Notes: generated by a model not told the origin, from the letters alone. Positions 28,015 through 38,720 are shown, numbered from the stretch's first letter. The stretch: 64,000 bases of DNA from Promethearchaeota archaeon (GCA_019057795.1 JAHLWS010000073.1:1-64000); one strand, 5' to 3'. Program-made: numbers and translations.

Positions 28015-28183
28015 TTTAATATCAAATCTTTTTTTTTAATTTAGTTTTATTTAAATTGTATATATTATATTGTGGATTTTGTATTTATAATTATAATTAT
28101 TTCTTGATTGAATTCAACCTTTTTTTCTTATAAAAAAGATTAATTACTATTTCATTCAAAATAATCCTTTATTTTATAAAAAT

Positions 28184-28197
28184 CGATAATTTATATA
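28184..28197 (+). promoter_or_regulatory. BRE/TATA candidate for the acylase gene
   Basis: cgataaTTTATATA about 80 nt upstream of ATG 28275; low specificity in AT-rich DNA. Confidence 0.3.
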
Positions 28198-28274
28198 GCA
28201 AATTGATATAAATTAATATAAAAATTTAATTCTATAAATTCAACAAAAACTATCTAAATTTTAGAGGTTTTATT

Positions 28275-30866
28275 ATGAGAAATCTAACAAAAAAAGCAGT
28301 AACAAAATTGTCAGTTTTTATTCCGCTTACTATCATATTAATGACTATATTTTCGTTGCCCTTAATGGGGTTACCTTCATTAGGGGGCCTCTTATTTCCC
28401 GGAAACGGAGTATGGAAAGTTCCAGGAGATCTTCCAGCGGCAGAACGGTTAAACATTCCGGGTTTAAGAGGGGAAGTTACCGTTATACGCGATGAATGGG
28501 GCATACCTCATATTTTTGCTTCTTACGAGGAAGATCTCTTTTTTGCTCAAGGCTATTGTCATGCTCAGGATAGACTCTTCCAAATGGATATGACACGTCG
28601 CCAAGTACGAGGAAAGTTGTCAGAAGTACTAGGTGAGGAATTATTAACTGAAGATAAATTCATGCTTGCTATCGGGATGGAAGATTGGGCAATTAAAACC
28701 GACGAATTGTTTAGGAAAATGCATGATAATGGAACGCTTGAATTCTTTAGTTCATTTGAAAGGTATGTAGATGGAATAAATTACTACATTGGGTCGCATA
28801 AAGATACTAAACCATTAGAATATCATTTAATGGGCTTGGAACCTACTGAATGGAGCACTGTAGACACTTTATGTTTAGTCCAAGAAATGGCGAGGCAAAT
28901 GAGTTGGAACTATCATGATTTGGATAGATACACCACTCTACTTGCATTGAATAATATTAATCTTACTTATTATAACGAATTATTTGGACTTACTTTACCG
29001 TACCAAATTCCTATTGTCCCTGACTACGGAGAATTCCCAGAAAGTCCAATGAAAGCTGGGTTTGAATTAAATCCTAGTTTTGCTTTAAAAACCGAAATTC
29101 AGAACTTCCTAGATAATGTCCAAAAAATAGATTCGGAGAAAACCTTGATGGAAAACCAAAAAGATCAAATAATTGGTTCAAACAATTGGGTTGTAAATGG
29201 CACTTTAAGCAATACTGGTGCACCAATCCTATGCAACGATATGCACCTTGGTTGGATGATGCCCGGAGTATGGTATGAGCAGCATTTAAAAGCTGAAGAT
29301 ACTGGATTTCATGTATATGGATTTATAATACCAGGAATGCCTGGTGTTGCCGTAGGTCATAACGAGAGGGTTGGTTGGGGGTTCACCAACACAGGATATG
29401 ATGTTTTAGATTGGTACTATTATAACACGGACGGACCAAATCAATACATTTACAATGGGACTTCAACATCATATACTGAAAAAAGTTATAGCATTAATAT
29501 TAAAGACCAAGAATCTGTAGAGTTCACTGTTAGACATACTGTTCACGGGCCTGTGTTAAGCGATTTACGCGATTTTGAATTGCCTCAATCTTTAGGAGAT
29601 ATAGTTTTAGCACCAAAATGGACTGCTAACGGTTATTTCTTCAATATACTTGCAGGTAATGGTTTCGATCGAGCGGAAAATAGAGAAGATTTCGACGAAG
29701 CTTCAAAAGACTGGACACTCCTCGCGCAAAATATAGTTTATGCCGATGTCGATGGAAATATTGCGATTAGACCAACAGGAAAAGTTCCAATTCGAGACGA
29801 TTCTAAAATTCCATTGGGTCATCTTGGTAACGGAACTCTTCCATACAATGGTTCAAATGGGGAAGGAGAATGGATTGGTTACATACCCTTCGAGGATTTG
29901 CCTAATTCTCTAAATCCAAATCAGAAATATTTAGCTTCTGCTAATCAAATCGTAGTAGGACCAGAGTATAATAGTTATTTCTTACAAAATGAATACGCAG
30001 ACGGATATAGAGCTAGAAGGATAAATGAACTACTTATGAATGCTGCTGATGGATCTATAAGTGTTGAAAGCATGATAACCATCCAAAATGATGTGAATTC
30101 AACGGCTGCGAGAGCTTTTATTCCGGAATTAATTGAAGCTATTAACGATTATTATGGTCCTACACCTTCTACAAAAATAAATAATGTTCTCACAGAATTA
30201 GAAAGTTGGCAATTTGTAATGGATAAAGAAGAAGCTGCACCAACTATTTACCGCAAGTGGAGAGATTATTTCCAAGATTTTACTTTTAACGACGAAAAGG
30301 AAACATATAATTTTACTGCACGAACAAGAATAGTTGTTTTAGAATATTTAATGAAGGAAGAAGAATTTTCCCATTGGTTTAATGATGTTTCCACACCATT
30401 GAACGAGACTAGAAACGAGATTATGATGCTAGCATTAAATGCCACAATCGATTGGTTAGAAAGTTTTTATGGCTCTGACGACCCATCAACTTGGAGGTGG
30501 GGCGATCTACATCAACTTTATTTTTCATCTCTTACGGGGTTAGATCCACTAAGTAAAGGGCCTTATGAAGCTGATGGAGAAGGGTACACCATCAATCCGG
30601 CTTGGGTAAATATTGACAATGGTGTTGGAATCGCGAGAGGTGGAGCATCTGAACGCCTAATTATTGACTTTAGCAACCTAAATAACTCTTTGAGCGTTAT
30701 TCCATCGGGGCAACGAGGGCTTTCAAACTCAAAACATTATTCAGATCAACTAGAACAACTGTTCTTACAAGGAAAATACCACTATCAATATTTTACGAAT
30801 ACATTATATAACTTTCCCACTAGTTCAATTGAATCTCAATTATTTTTCTTTCCAATAGGAGGTTAA
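28275..30866 (+). CDS. Penicillin acylase / acyl-homoserine-lactone acylase family Ntn-hydrolase, exported
   Basis: RDEWGIPHI, AQGYCHAQDRLFQMD, GSNNW nucleophile, NDMHL, YADVDGNI, GQRG...HYSDQ; N-terminal TM. Confidence 0.95.
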   Translation: MRNLTKKAVTKLSVFIPLTIILMTIFSLPLMGLPSLGGLLFPGNGVWKVPGDLPAAERLNIPGLRGEVTVIRDEWGIPHIFASYEEDLFFAQGYCHAQDRLFQMDMTRRQVRGKLSEVLGEELLTEDKFMLAIGMEDWAIKTDELFRKMHDNGTLEFFSSFERYVDGINYYIGSHKDTKPLEYHLMGLEPTEWSTVDTLCLVQEMARQMSWNYHDLDRYTTLLALNNINLTYYNELFGLTLPYQIPIVPDYGEFPESPMKAGFELNPSFALKTEIQNFLDNVQKIDSEKTLMENQKDQIIGSNNWVVNGTLSNTGAPILCNDMHLGWMMPGVWYEQHLKAEDTGFHVYGFIIPGMPGVAVGHNERVGWGFTNTGYDVLDWYYYNTDGPNQYIYNGTSTSYTEKSYSINIKDQESVEFTVRHTVHGPVLSDLRDFELPQSLGDIVLAPKWTANGYFFNILAGNGFDRAENREDFDEASKDWTLLAQNIVYADVDGNIAIRPTGKVPIRDDSKIPLGHLGNGTLPYNGSNGEGEWIGYIPFEDLPNSLNPNQKYLASANQIVVGPEYNSYFLQNEYADGYRARRINELLMNAADGSISVESMITIQNDVNSTAARAFIPELIEAINDYYGPTPSTKINNVLTELESWQFVMDKEEAAPTIYRKWRDYFQDFTFNDEKETYNFTARTRIVVLEYLMKEEEFSHWFNDVSTPLNETRNEIMMLALNATIDWLESFYGSDDPSTWRWGDLHQLYFSSLTGLDPLSKGPYEADGEGYTINPAWVNIDNGVGIARGGASERLIIDFSNLNNSLSVIPSGQRGLSNSKHYSDQLEQLFLQGKYHYQYFTNTLYNFPTSSIESQLFFFPIGG

Positions 30867-30870
30867 AAAG

Positions 30871-31281
30871 ATGGAAATAGAAAGGAGAACTTTTTTCATA
30901 AGTGTAGTTGTTGTTTTATGTCTAACTATGCTATTAACACTAGTTCCAGTTTGGCAGTTAGTCATAATCCCTGGTATTATTGCGGGAATGCTTAACAAAT
31001 CGTTAAAATATGGTGTTCTAAGCGGTTTTATCGGAGTTACACTTTCGTGGGGGATTTATGTTTTAGTTGGAGTGATTACAAGAAACGCATATGTTATCCT
31101 TGACCAGTTTGGAGCGTTGATTTTTGGAGAAGGATTTGGTTGGCTAATTCTAATACTCATAATCCTTTTAGCCGCTATTTTTGGCTCTATGGGTGGCGGA
31201 ATTGGCAACGGTTTCATGACTCTAATTAACGCTTACCTCGAGAAGCATCCTTATCGAGATTCGAAAACAAAATCAGAATAG
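30871..31281 (+). CDS. Small Gly-rich membrane protein (DUF5518-like)
   Basis: Hydrophobic helices; 4 nt after the acylase stop. Confidence 0.65.
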   Translation: MEIERRTFFISVVVVLCLTMLLTLVPVWQLVIIPGIIAGMLNKSLKYGVLSGFIGVTLSWGIYVLVGVITRNAYVILDQFGALIFGEGFGWLILILIILLAAIFGSMGGGIGNGFMTLINAYLEKHPYRDSKTKSE

Positions 31282-31426
31282 CAACATAAAGAAAATTAAA
31301 CAAAATTTCTTTTTTTTTCATTCATTTTGATGTTTAATTTATCAATTTTTCAATTATATAAATTATAGAGAAAAGGATCGATGCAAATCGGGATTTGAAA
31401 AATAGAATATTATTTTAACGCGTTTC

Positions 31427-31798
31427 CTAATCTAATAAAGCTGCAATTCTATTGGAAACGCTCTGGATATTTAGAAAAACCATTCCTAGGCTAGAACTAG
31501 CGCTACAAAGAGTGCATAAAATAGCATTTTCACCAGCTTTAGAGAGAATTATGATACCATTTAATCCTTCAATAAGTATTCTTTTTAATTCACCTCTCTC
31601 AAGCTCCTCGACCGCACGCTCTGAAACGCTCTGTATAGCGGCAGACATGGCAGAAACAATCCCATCGTTTACATCCCTACTCAAAACGGAACAAATTGGA
31701 AGCCCTTGAACACTAACTATTGCGGAGCCTTCGATATCGCTATTTACAGCCGATAATTTTCTTAATAAATCCGTGAGCTCACTGATATTCTCAGACAA
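31427..31798 (-). CDS. Roadblock/LC7 (MglB/LAMTOR-like) protein
   Basis: IEGSAIVSVQGLPI, VSAMSAA, ELERGELKRILIEG, LGMVF; TTG start with upstream GGAGG. Confidence 0.93.
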   Translation of the reverse strand: MSENISELTDLLRKLSAVNSDIEGSAIVSVQGLPICSVLSRDVNDGIVSAMSAAIQSVSERAVEELERGELKRILIEGLNGIIILSKAGENAILCTLCSASSSLGMVFLNIQSVSNRIAALLD

Positions 31799-31807
31799 CC
31801 ATGATTG

Positions 31808-31815
31808 CCTCCTTT
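31808..31815 (-). promoter_or_regulatory. Shine-Dalgarno-like AAAGGAGG
   Basis: GGAGG lies 9 nt upstream of the roadblock TTG. Confidence 0.55.
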
Positions 31816-32019
31816 CTTTTAAACGAAGGTTTCATTAACTTAATAATATTTTCACTCAATTACAAATCAACCTAGTAAGTGATAAATTATTAAGTTGTAT
31901 GATATTAAAATTAACTTTATTTAATTATTAATGTTTACTTTATTTTTTTTTTATTTTATAAAATTTGATATTGCTTATTTAAAAAATATTTTTATCAATT
32001 TTTACATTTACATATTTTA

Positions 32020-32994
32020 ATGACTGAGAATAATAATTTGAAAAATCAATCTGAAAAAAAAAACAATAAAGAAGACGACGAAGAAGAAGAGAATAAACTT
32101 AAAATCGAATCTCTTACTAAAGCTGGAAAGATTGCTCAGGAAGTAAAGAAGTACATTAAACCGCAAATACAAGTTGGAACAAAAGTGTTAAATTTAATTG
32201 AAAACACAGAGAAGAAAATCGTTGAATTAGGCGGAGGGTGGGCATTTCCCGTTAATGTTAGTATAAACAACATTGCAGCTCACTATACATCTCCAATAAA
32301 GGACGATGAACTTACGATTAAAGAAGGAGATATTGTTAAAATCGATTTAGGCGTTCATATCGACGGATACATAGTGGACACAGCTTTTACCGTAAGTTTT
32401 AACGACAAGAAATCTCTTGAAAACATAATTCAAGCAACCGAAGTCGCTCTAGAAGCCGCAAAAATGATGGCTAAACCTAAAATCAACACGAAAGAATTAG
32501 GTAAAAAAATCGAAGATATCGTAAAAGGTTTTAAATTTAATCCAATAAAAGAACTTGGTGGACATCAAATTGAAAGGTGGACCGTTCATGGAAAAAAACA
32601 ATTGCCAGAATTAGGTGTTCAAGGTGGAGATATAATGGAAGAAGGTGAAGTCTTTGCCATAGAAATATTTGCTTCGACGGGGGAAGGTACAGTTCATAAT
32701 ACCAAATACTCTTATATTTACGAATTGAATCCATATGCAGGAAGGGTACCTCTACGTAGAAAAACATCTAAACAAATTTTAGGGCACATAAATAAGAATT
32801 ACAAAACGCTCCCTTTTGCAGAAAGATGGTTAGGAAAAGATTTTAGAATGGGAGTAATGTTTGGACTTCAAGAACTAGTACAACAAGGAAAAATACAAGT
32901 TCATTATGTATTGGCGGAACAAAAAGGAGAATTTGTAGCTCAAAGTGAACAAACGATTTTAATAACTGAAGATGGATTTAAACAACTAACATAA
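32020..32994 (+). CDS. map: Methionine aminopeptidase type II
   Basis: AFPVNVSINNIAAHYT, KIDLGVHIDGYIVDTAFT, GHQI, FAIEIFAS, type II helical insert. Confidence 0.96.
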   Translation: MTENNNLKNQSEKKNNKEDDEEEENKLKIESLTKAGKIAQEVKKYIKPQIQVGTKVLNLIENTEKKIVELGGGWAFPVNVSINNIAAHYTSPIKDDELTIKEGDIVKIDLGVHIDGYIVDTAFTVSFNDKKSLENIIQATEVALEAAKMMAKPKINTKELGKKIEDIVKGFKFNPIKELGGHQIERWTVHGKKQLPELGVQGGDIMEEGEVFAIEIFASTGEGTVHNTKYSYIYELNPYAGRVPLRRKTSKQILGHINKNYKTLPFAERWLGKDFRMGVMFGLQELVQQGKIQVHYVLAEQKGEFVAQSEQTILITEDGFKQLT

Positions 32995-33031
32995 AAAGTT
33001 GATCCTTCAATAAAACAACGTTTGATTTTAG

Positions 33032-34141
33032 ATGAAAAAGTTAAAAATTTGTTTAGTATCATTAACAGTTTCTCCTGATAGCGCCGATGGAGAGGCAAAA
33101 GTCATCAGAGCAATTTTTGAATATCTAAAAAAGCAAGGACACAAAGTAAAATTAATTACTGGTAAATGGAACAAAGATTTAGACAACACGGATATCGTTC
33201 AGTTTGATTTAGTTAGAAAAAGATTTTTTTGGGCTCCAAATTTTTGTTACAAGGTAATTAAATTCTTAAGGAATAATAATTTCGACATCGTACACGCTAA
33301 TAGTGCCAAAGCAGCTTTACCAATTATTTTATCTAACCAAAAAAGATTCATTTGCACGATCCACGATTTTACTCCTTTTGAAACAAAACTTACAAGAATT
33401 CCTCTAGAAAAGTTTTTGATAAAATATGTTTCAAAAAAAGCATCGTTAATAACTACTGTTTCTAATTATGTTAAGCAAGAATTTCAATATTTCATTCCAA
33501 AAATTGATAAGAATAAAATTGTCACCATTTTCAATGGTATTGAGGAAAAGTACAATCCTTACCCCATCGAAGCTCAAAGATTAAAGGAAAAATTAAACAT
33601 TAAAGGCCCTGTTTTATTATATATCGGAAGAATAGCTCCTTATAAAGGAGTAGGTAACATAATTGAAGCTTATAGACTGGTTAAAAACGAAATTCCAAAC
33701 CTTAATTTAGTTATTGGAGGTAGACCAGATTATTTGATGGAAAAAGCGTACAATAATTGGAAAAATGAAAACAAAGACATTTATTTTATGGGATATCTTC
33801 CAGAAGAAGAAGTCCCTTTTTATTATTCTATGGGAGATATTTTTATAACTTTTTCTTCATCTTCCGAAGGATTTGGATTAACTCCGCTAGAAGCTATCTC
33901 GTGTGGAACGCCCGTAATATGTTCCTCAATTTCAGTATATCGAGAGATTCTAAAGAACCATGCTCTGTTCGTTCCTCCTAAAGATTCGAAAAAATTGGCT
34001 GAAAAAATAAAAATTCTCCTCAATGATAATGAATTGAGAAATGAAATAGTAAAAGACGCTCAAGGTTTTATAAAAAAATACAGTTGGGACGCGGTTGGTA
34101 AAAGATTAGAAGAAGAATATGAAAAATTTTTAACTAATTAG
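33032..34141 (+). CDS. Glycosyltransferase family 4
   Basis: TIHD, IFNGI, YIGRI..YKG, EGFGLTPLEAISCGTPVI. Confidence 0.95.
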   Translation: MKKLKICLVSLTVSPDSADGEAKVIRAIFEYLKKQGHKVKLITGKWNKDLDNTDIVQFDLVRKRFFWAPNFCYKVIKFLRNNNFDIVHANSAKAALPIILSNQKRFICTIHDFTPFETKLTRIPLEKFLIKYVSKKASLITTVSNYVKQEFQYFIPKIDKNKIVTIFNGIEEKYNPYPIEAQRLKEKLNIKGPVLLYIGRIAPYKGVGNIIEAYRLVKNEIPNLNLVIGGRPDYLMEKAYNNWKNENKDIYFMGYLPEEEVPFYYSMGDIFITFSSSSEGFGLTPLEAISCGTPVICSSISVYREILKNHALFVPPKDSKKLAEKIKILLNDNELRNEIVKDAQGFIKKYSWDAVGKRLEEEYEKFLTN

Positions 34142-35247
34142 ATCTCTTTTATTAAATTCTCCTTTACAATTTTAAAGCAAATTTCGTTTGGGTTTTCAAA
34201 TTGCATAATTTTTTTTTTAAATGAATTGGTAAATCTGTTGTGATGAGGTTTTTCAGAAAGAATTTCTATAGACTTCCCTATAATTTTTTCAGATTCTTTT
34301 ATATGTTCTAAAGGGAAACCATTATTTATTAAAAAATGTTCCTGAGGGGCGGTATCTCCGGGAAAAAATTCAATGCTTGGCACATTTAATAAACTCGATT
34401 CCCGAACGATCGTACCTCCACCACTGATTACTAACGCACTGAAATAACATAAATCGACCATATTCGGCATAAACCGCGTGATAATTACGTTGGAATTATC
34501 AATATATTTTTTCAACTTTTTTTTCAGGTATAGTTCTTGTTTTTCTGTTCTTACAATTAAAAAATATTTAAGATTTGGAAATTGATTAAATATTGTGGGA
34601 AAAAATTGACTAATTAATGTTTCTTCTGGTTTTAGTTCTCCTATGAAATAACTAGCAAACGAAGGTTCACTTCTAATAATTACGAATTTTCCCTTTTCTA
34701 AGTCGTTTTTTTCAAGTATATTGGGATTAGGTTCGTATTCTGAAAGCCAAGCTATCTCATCGATACCATTATATCTGATTAATCTCTCCGGATTGGCGTG
34801 GAGATGGATATACCATTCTTCTGGAACACACATCGGAGTAATTATATGATCTAAATATGGAAATATTTGTTTACACACCGGAACATTTCGAGGCTCATCG
34901 TTATAACCTATTGAGGGAATGTTCAATCCGTAAGATATTCTAGTGCCTTCCACAGAAGAAAAAGTTACAAAATAGTCTGGAGTAAATTTTATAACATATG
35001 GGTAAAGTTTAGACAAGCGATCGATGTAAGTTTTTAATTTATCTTCCAGTTTTTCACCTCCGTGCTTCCCAACTTTCTGATACTTAACATGTAAGTCGTC
35101 TAAAATTTGAAAAGTAGAATCGTAATCTCGAGCAGTAATTAAAAGTTCTGCACCTTCCTTCTGAAATTTTTTTAGAAGACGATTAAACATAATTCCCGTT
35201 TTTGGTTCTTCTATATCAATCCAAACTTTTTTGTTTAATAAACTCAT
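34138..35247 (-). CDS. DUF354 GT-B-fold protein (putative glycosyltransferase)
   Basis: KVWIDI..PK, ITARDY, VGKHGG, RYNGIDE, GGTIVRESSLL; likely start ATG 35247. Confidence 0.85.
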   Translation of the reverse strand: MSLLNKKVWIDIEEPKTGIMFNRLLKKFQKEGAELLITARDYDSTFQILDDLHVKYQKVGKHGGEKLEDKLKTYIDRLSKLYPYVIKFTPDYFVTFSSVEGTRISYGLNIPSIGYNDEPRNVPVCKQIFPYLDHIITPMCVPEEWYIHLHANPERLIRYNGIDEIAWLSEYEPNPNILEKNDLEKGKFVIIRSEPSFASYFIGELKPEETLISQFFPTIFNQFPNLKYFLIVRTEKQELYLKKKLKKYIDNSNVIITRFMPNMVDLCYFSALVISGGGTIVRESSLLNVPSIEFFPGDTAPQEHFLINNGFPLEHIKESEKIIGKSIEILSEKPHHNRFTNSFKKKIMQFENPNEICFKIVKENLIKEI

Positions 35248-35309
35248 CTTAAGATCAACTTTCTTAATGATAAATTGAATAATTTCATTAAATTGGAATT
35301 GCCAATTTT

Positions 35310-36065
35310 TTATTTCCAATCTTTAGGAATTTTTTTTAAAAACTTTGCTGGGTTTCCTACAACAATGTCGTTTTCTTCAGTATTTTTTGTAACTACAGAT
35401 CCTGCTCCAACGATCGTCCCCCTTTTTAAAGTAATTCCTGGCATAATTACTGAGTTTGCCCCCAAAGAAACGTAATCTTCAATTTTAGGTCCGTTTAAAT
35501 CAAATTCTTTTCGCATCATATATTTATCATTTGTTAATTTGCTATATGGACCCATAAAAACGTTGTTTCCAATTGTAGAGTATAAAGGAATGTAAACTCC
35601 CGTTTGAATACTTACATTGTTTCCTATAACTACATTTCCATCGATAATCGTGTTAGTACCTATTAAAGTGCTGTTTCCTATGGATGTTTTTTCTCTAATC
35701 ATAACATTATGTCCCGTCTGGCATTTGTCCCCGATGATCACTTCAGAATATATTATAGAGCCTGCTCTGATGGTGCATTCCTTTCCTATTGTAATTAATG
35801 GACTCTCAAAATCTGTTATCTCTTTCTTGTCTTTTATAATAGCTGTTAAATCCGCTCTCTGCGGATGTCCAATGATACAATTTTCGCCTAAATATGTCTC
35901 TGAGTGAATCAAAGCATTTCCATAAATCTTAACTCCCATGGAAAGATAAACATCACTTTCAATTTTAACTCCTTTTCCTATTGCTGTAAAATTATCAATG
36001 AATACCGTCTCGTGGATAAATGCCTTTTTGTGGATAAAAGATAAATTTTTTCTCTCTAGATTCAC
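35310..36065 (-). CDS. Hexapeptide-repeat (LbH) N-acyltransferase, WbpD-like
   Basis: Hexapeptide repeats, FMGP..KLTNDKY, VGAGSVVTK, VVGNPAK. Confidence 0.9.
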   Translation of the reverse strand: MNLERKNLSFIHKKAFIHETVFIDNFTAIGKGVKIESDVYLSMGVKIYGNALIHSETYLGENCIIGHPQRADLTAIIKDKKEITDFESPLITIGKECTIRAGSIIYSEVIIGDKCQTGHNVMIREKTSIGNSTLIGTNTIIDGNVVIGNNVSIQTGVYIPLYSTIGNNVFMGPYSKLTNDKYMMRKEFDLNGPKIEDYVSLGANSVIMPGITLKRGTIVGAGSVVTKNTEENDIVVGNPAKFLKKIPKDWK

Positions 36066-36128
36066 TTTTCCAGCTTCACTTTAAATTAGTATTTAGTTGA
36101 ATTATTTTTCAAAATAATATTAACTTAA

Positions 36129-36422
36129 TCATTTTCCACATTTACAAGGGGAAGAGTTGCATTTCTTGCATTTATTTGGATACTTGCTAAATAATGCTTT
36201 TTCTATATCAACTTCTAATAAATTTGCGATGGAAACAGTCCATGCGATAATATCAGCTAATTCCTCTGAAGATTTTTCTTTATCTATATTTTGAGAATTA
36301 AATAATGTAGCTAGCTCCCCAATTTCTTCTATCAACCAGATAAATGTACTTTTAAGGCCCCTATTTAAGTCCTTTTGATAATAGAGCCTCTTTATTAAAT
36401 CCTGGAAGTCTGAAATATTCAT
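36129..36422 (-). CDS. MazG-like nucleotide pyrophosphohydrolase with C-terminal Cys cluster
   Basis: WLIEEIGEL, EELADIIAW, KYP..CKKC...PCKC. Confidence 0.9.
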   Translation of the reverse strand: MNISDFQDLIKRLYYQKDLNRGLKSTFIWLIEEIGELATLFNSQNIDKEKSSEELADIIAWTVSIANLLEVDIEKALFSKYPNKCKKCNSSPCKCGK

Positions 36423-36467
36423 AATAAGAAAAATAAATTTATATAAAAAATTTTAATAAAAAAAAAT

Positions 36468-36674
36468 TTAAAATAACCATTCAAAAATGCCTAACCAAGC
36501 AAACATTACCATTGCAATTAAAGCAACGGCAAAAATTACAGTAGTTATTGGGCTGATTTTAATTCCAATTGAACTATCTTCAAAAAATCTCATTAAACCT
36601 GCTCCCCCTAAAGGCATTGGAGCACTTCCACTTCTTCTTTTCTTACGTCTTGATTGACTTTGTCGAGATGGCAT
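36468..36674 (-). CDS. sec61B: Preprotein translocase subunit Sec61beta
   Basis: Basic N-terminus, AGLMRFFED...IKISP, single C-terminal TM. Confidence 0.92.
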   Translation of the reverse strand: MPSRQSQSRRKKRRSGSAPMPLGGAGLMRFFEDSSIGIKISPITTVIFAVALIAMVMFAWLGIFEWLF

Positions 36675-36828
36675 AACTCAACTATCACAAAAATTGTAAT
36701 TAATTAAATAAAATTAACACATCAAAAATAATAAGGTTTATCTTGAATTAAAAAAAAAATATGATAAATTTTTATTAATTGTATTAATTATTATTAGTTA
36801 ATTTGAGGAAATAAAGGTTTAATTTTTT

Positions 36829-38697
36829 ATGAGAAAAAAAGGTTTCATCTTATTATTAATTGGTTTTCTTTTATTTATTGTTGTGATTTCAAATATTCAG
36901 AATAATTCCTTAGTTAATTATCAGAATCAACCTGAGAAAGAATCTCCTCAATTAGCAGGGAGTTTAGAAGGAGCAGAAAATATAGTAATTACTGAATTAA
37001 GAAGGTACGGTAATCTAAGCGGATACGGATTAGTAAATATTGAAGATAAAATGACTATTTTAAATAACAACGACAATCCTATTAATTCAATTTTTATTGG
37101 AATTCCTATTGAACATTCTGATGATTTAGTTTATTTTGAAGCTATGGGTGAAAACAAAAATTCTCTATTAACAGAAAGATCAAAAATAGTAATGCACAAT
37201 TTTGAAATGATAATAATTTATTTTGATTCACCATTATTGCCGTATCAAACGAAAAATATAAGATTACTACAAACTTTTCAAAATTTATTCGCTTATAATG
37301 TTTTTCCATTAGGATTAACGGAAGATATAGATGTACATCATAATTTCACAGGGCCAGTATGGCCAATTTTACCCTATAGAGCAGAAGGAGAAATTTCTGC
37401 TGAATTTCGGTTTCCTGCCACAGCAGAAAGAGTTTATTTTGAAAGAATAGGATCCACAGGGAATGAGGCAGAAGGAGGGCGTATTTTATATGATTTAGCC
37501 AAAAGTCTTAGTTACGATTATTTAGACCCATTTTTAGAAAATTTAGGTGAACATCGAGAAATAGATATCATATTTAGAGATAGAGTTCTAAAATTCTCTC
37601 AAATTGAAATAGAAGAAATTAATCGAGATATTATGATTTCACCCTGGGGTTTAATTAAAATCAAAGAAGAATATTTAATCAAAAATCTAGGTTATTTTGA
37701 ACAACATAATCTATTTTTAAATATTCCCGCTAATGCAATAAATATTTATCTATTTGATGATTTGGGCGAATTATCAGGGACTTTAAGTGATCTTGAGAAT
37801 TCAAATAGAAAGAAATTAGAGATAAACCTCGTTCAAAATCGCGCTACATTAACCCCATCTTCAGTGATAAAATTCACTTTAACATATAACTTACCATTTG
37901 AAAAATATTTTACAACTAATTGGCTTCAAGAATCGCTTCAGATTGATTTATTAACAACAAAATATGATTATTTAGGAAAAAAACAAACAATAAATATACT
38001 TATTGAAGGATGTGGGAATATTGATTATATATCATCTCCTCCAGTTGCTATTAAACAATCGGGAGGATCCAAGATAATAGTTTATTATTCTGATTATGTA
38101 GCCCCTCTAGAAAATAAAATAGTTCTTCTTACCTTCAGTATTGATTTATTTGATTTATTATTAAGACCAATATTAATTATCCTCGCAATTGCAGTTATTT
38201 CATCTCTATATGTTCTATTAATGAAATCTAGTAAGAGAGAAGAAGATATTTCACTCTTTAAGAAGGAATATCTACCTGTAAACGAAATAAGAGAATTTTG
38301 TTCCTTATATGAAGAGAAAAATGCTTTAATATTAGAAATTAGGAAAGCAGAAACTGAAGCAAAACGTAAAAAATTAGCCAAGAAAACATATAAAAATCTA
38401 TTAGCCAAAAATTCAACAAAAATTGACCAAATAAAAAATGAAATCATGCCATTTAAAAAAGTTTTAATAGAGACAAGTGAAACATTTGGAAATATTCTAA
38501 AAAAACTTGATGTTTTGGATACTGAAAGAATTAGTGTTGATGATAGCTTAAACCTTTTAGAGACTCGATATAAAAGAGGAAGATTACCTTCTAAAGCAGC
38601 TTATCAAAAATTATCAGATGATTTCTTCAATAGAAGAAAGAAAATCGATAGAACGATAGATAGATATATTCAACAGCTAAGAAGTTATTTGTTATAA
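36829..38697 (+). CDS. Ribophorin I (OST1)-like oligosaccharyltransferase subunit
   Basis: Signal anchor; two related beta domains (RYGNLSGYGLVNIED / RDIMISPWGLIKIKEEY); DDLGEL; TM; cytoplasmic helical bundle. Confidence 0.8.
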   Translation: MRKKGFILLLIGFLLFIVVISNIQNNSLVNYQNQPEKESPQLAGSLEGAENIVITELRRYGNLSGYGLVNIEDKMTILNNNDNPINSIFIGIPIEHSDDLVYFEAMGENKNSLLTERSKIVMHNFEMIIIYFDSPLLPYQTKNIRLLQTFQNLFAYNVFPLGLTEDIDVHHNFTGPVWPILPYRAEGEISAEFRFPATAERVYFERIGSTGNEAEGGRILYDLAKSLSYDYLDPFLENLGEHREIDIIFRDRVLKFSQIEIEEINRDIMISPWGLIKIKEEYLIKNLGYFEQHNLFLNIPANAINIYLFDDLGELSGTLSDLENSNRKKLEINLVQNRATLTPSSVIKFTLTYNLPFEKYFTTNWLQESLQIDLLTTKYDYLGKKQTINILIEGCGNIDYISSPPVAIKQSGGSKIIVYYSDYVAPLENKIVLLTFSIDLFDLLLRPILIILAIAVISSLYVLLMKSSKREEDISLFKKEYLPVNEIREFCSLYEEKNALILEIRKAETEAKRKKLAKKTYKNLLAKNSTKIDQIKNEIMPFKKVLIETSETFGNILKKLDVLDTERISVDDSLNLLETRYKRGRLPSKAAYQKLSDDFFNRRKKIDRTIDRYIQQLRSYLL

Positions 38698-38720
38698 ATA
38701 ATATATAATTCGGTGAATTA

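Noticed and set aside
36120-36131. TGA readthrough after the Cys-rich MazG tail
   Set aside because: Only two further codons precede a TAA; an ordinary stop
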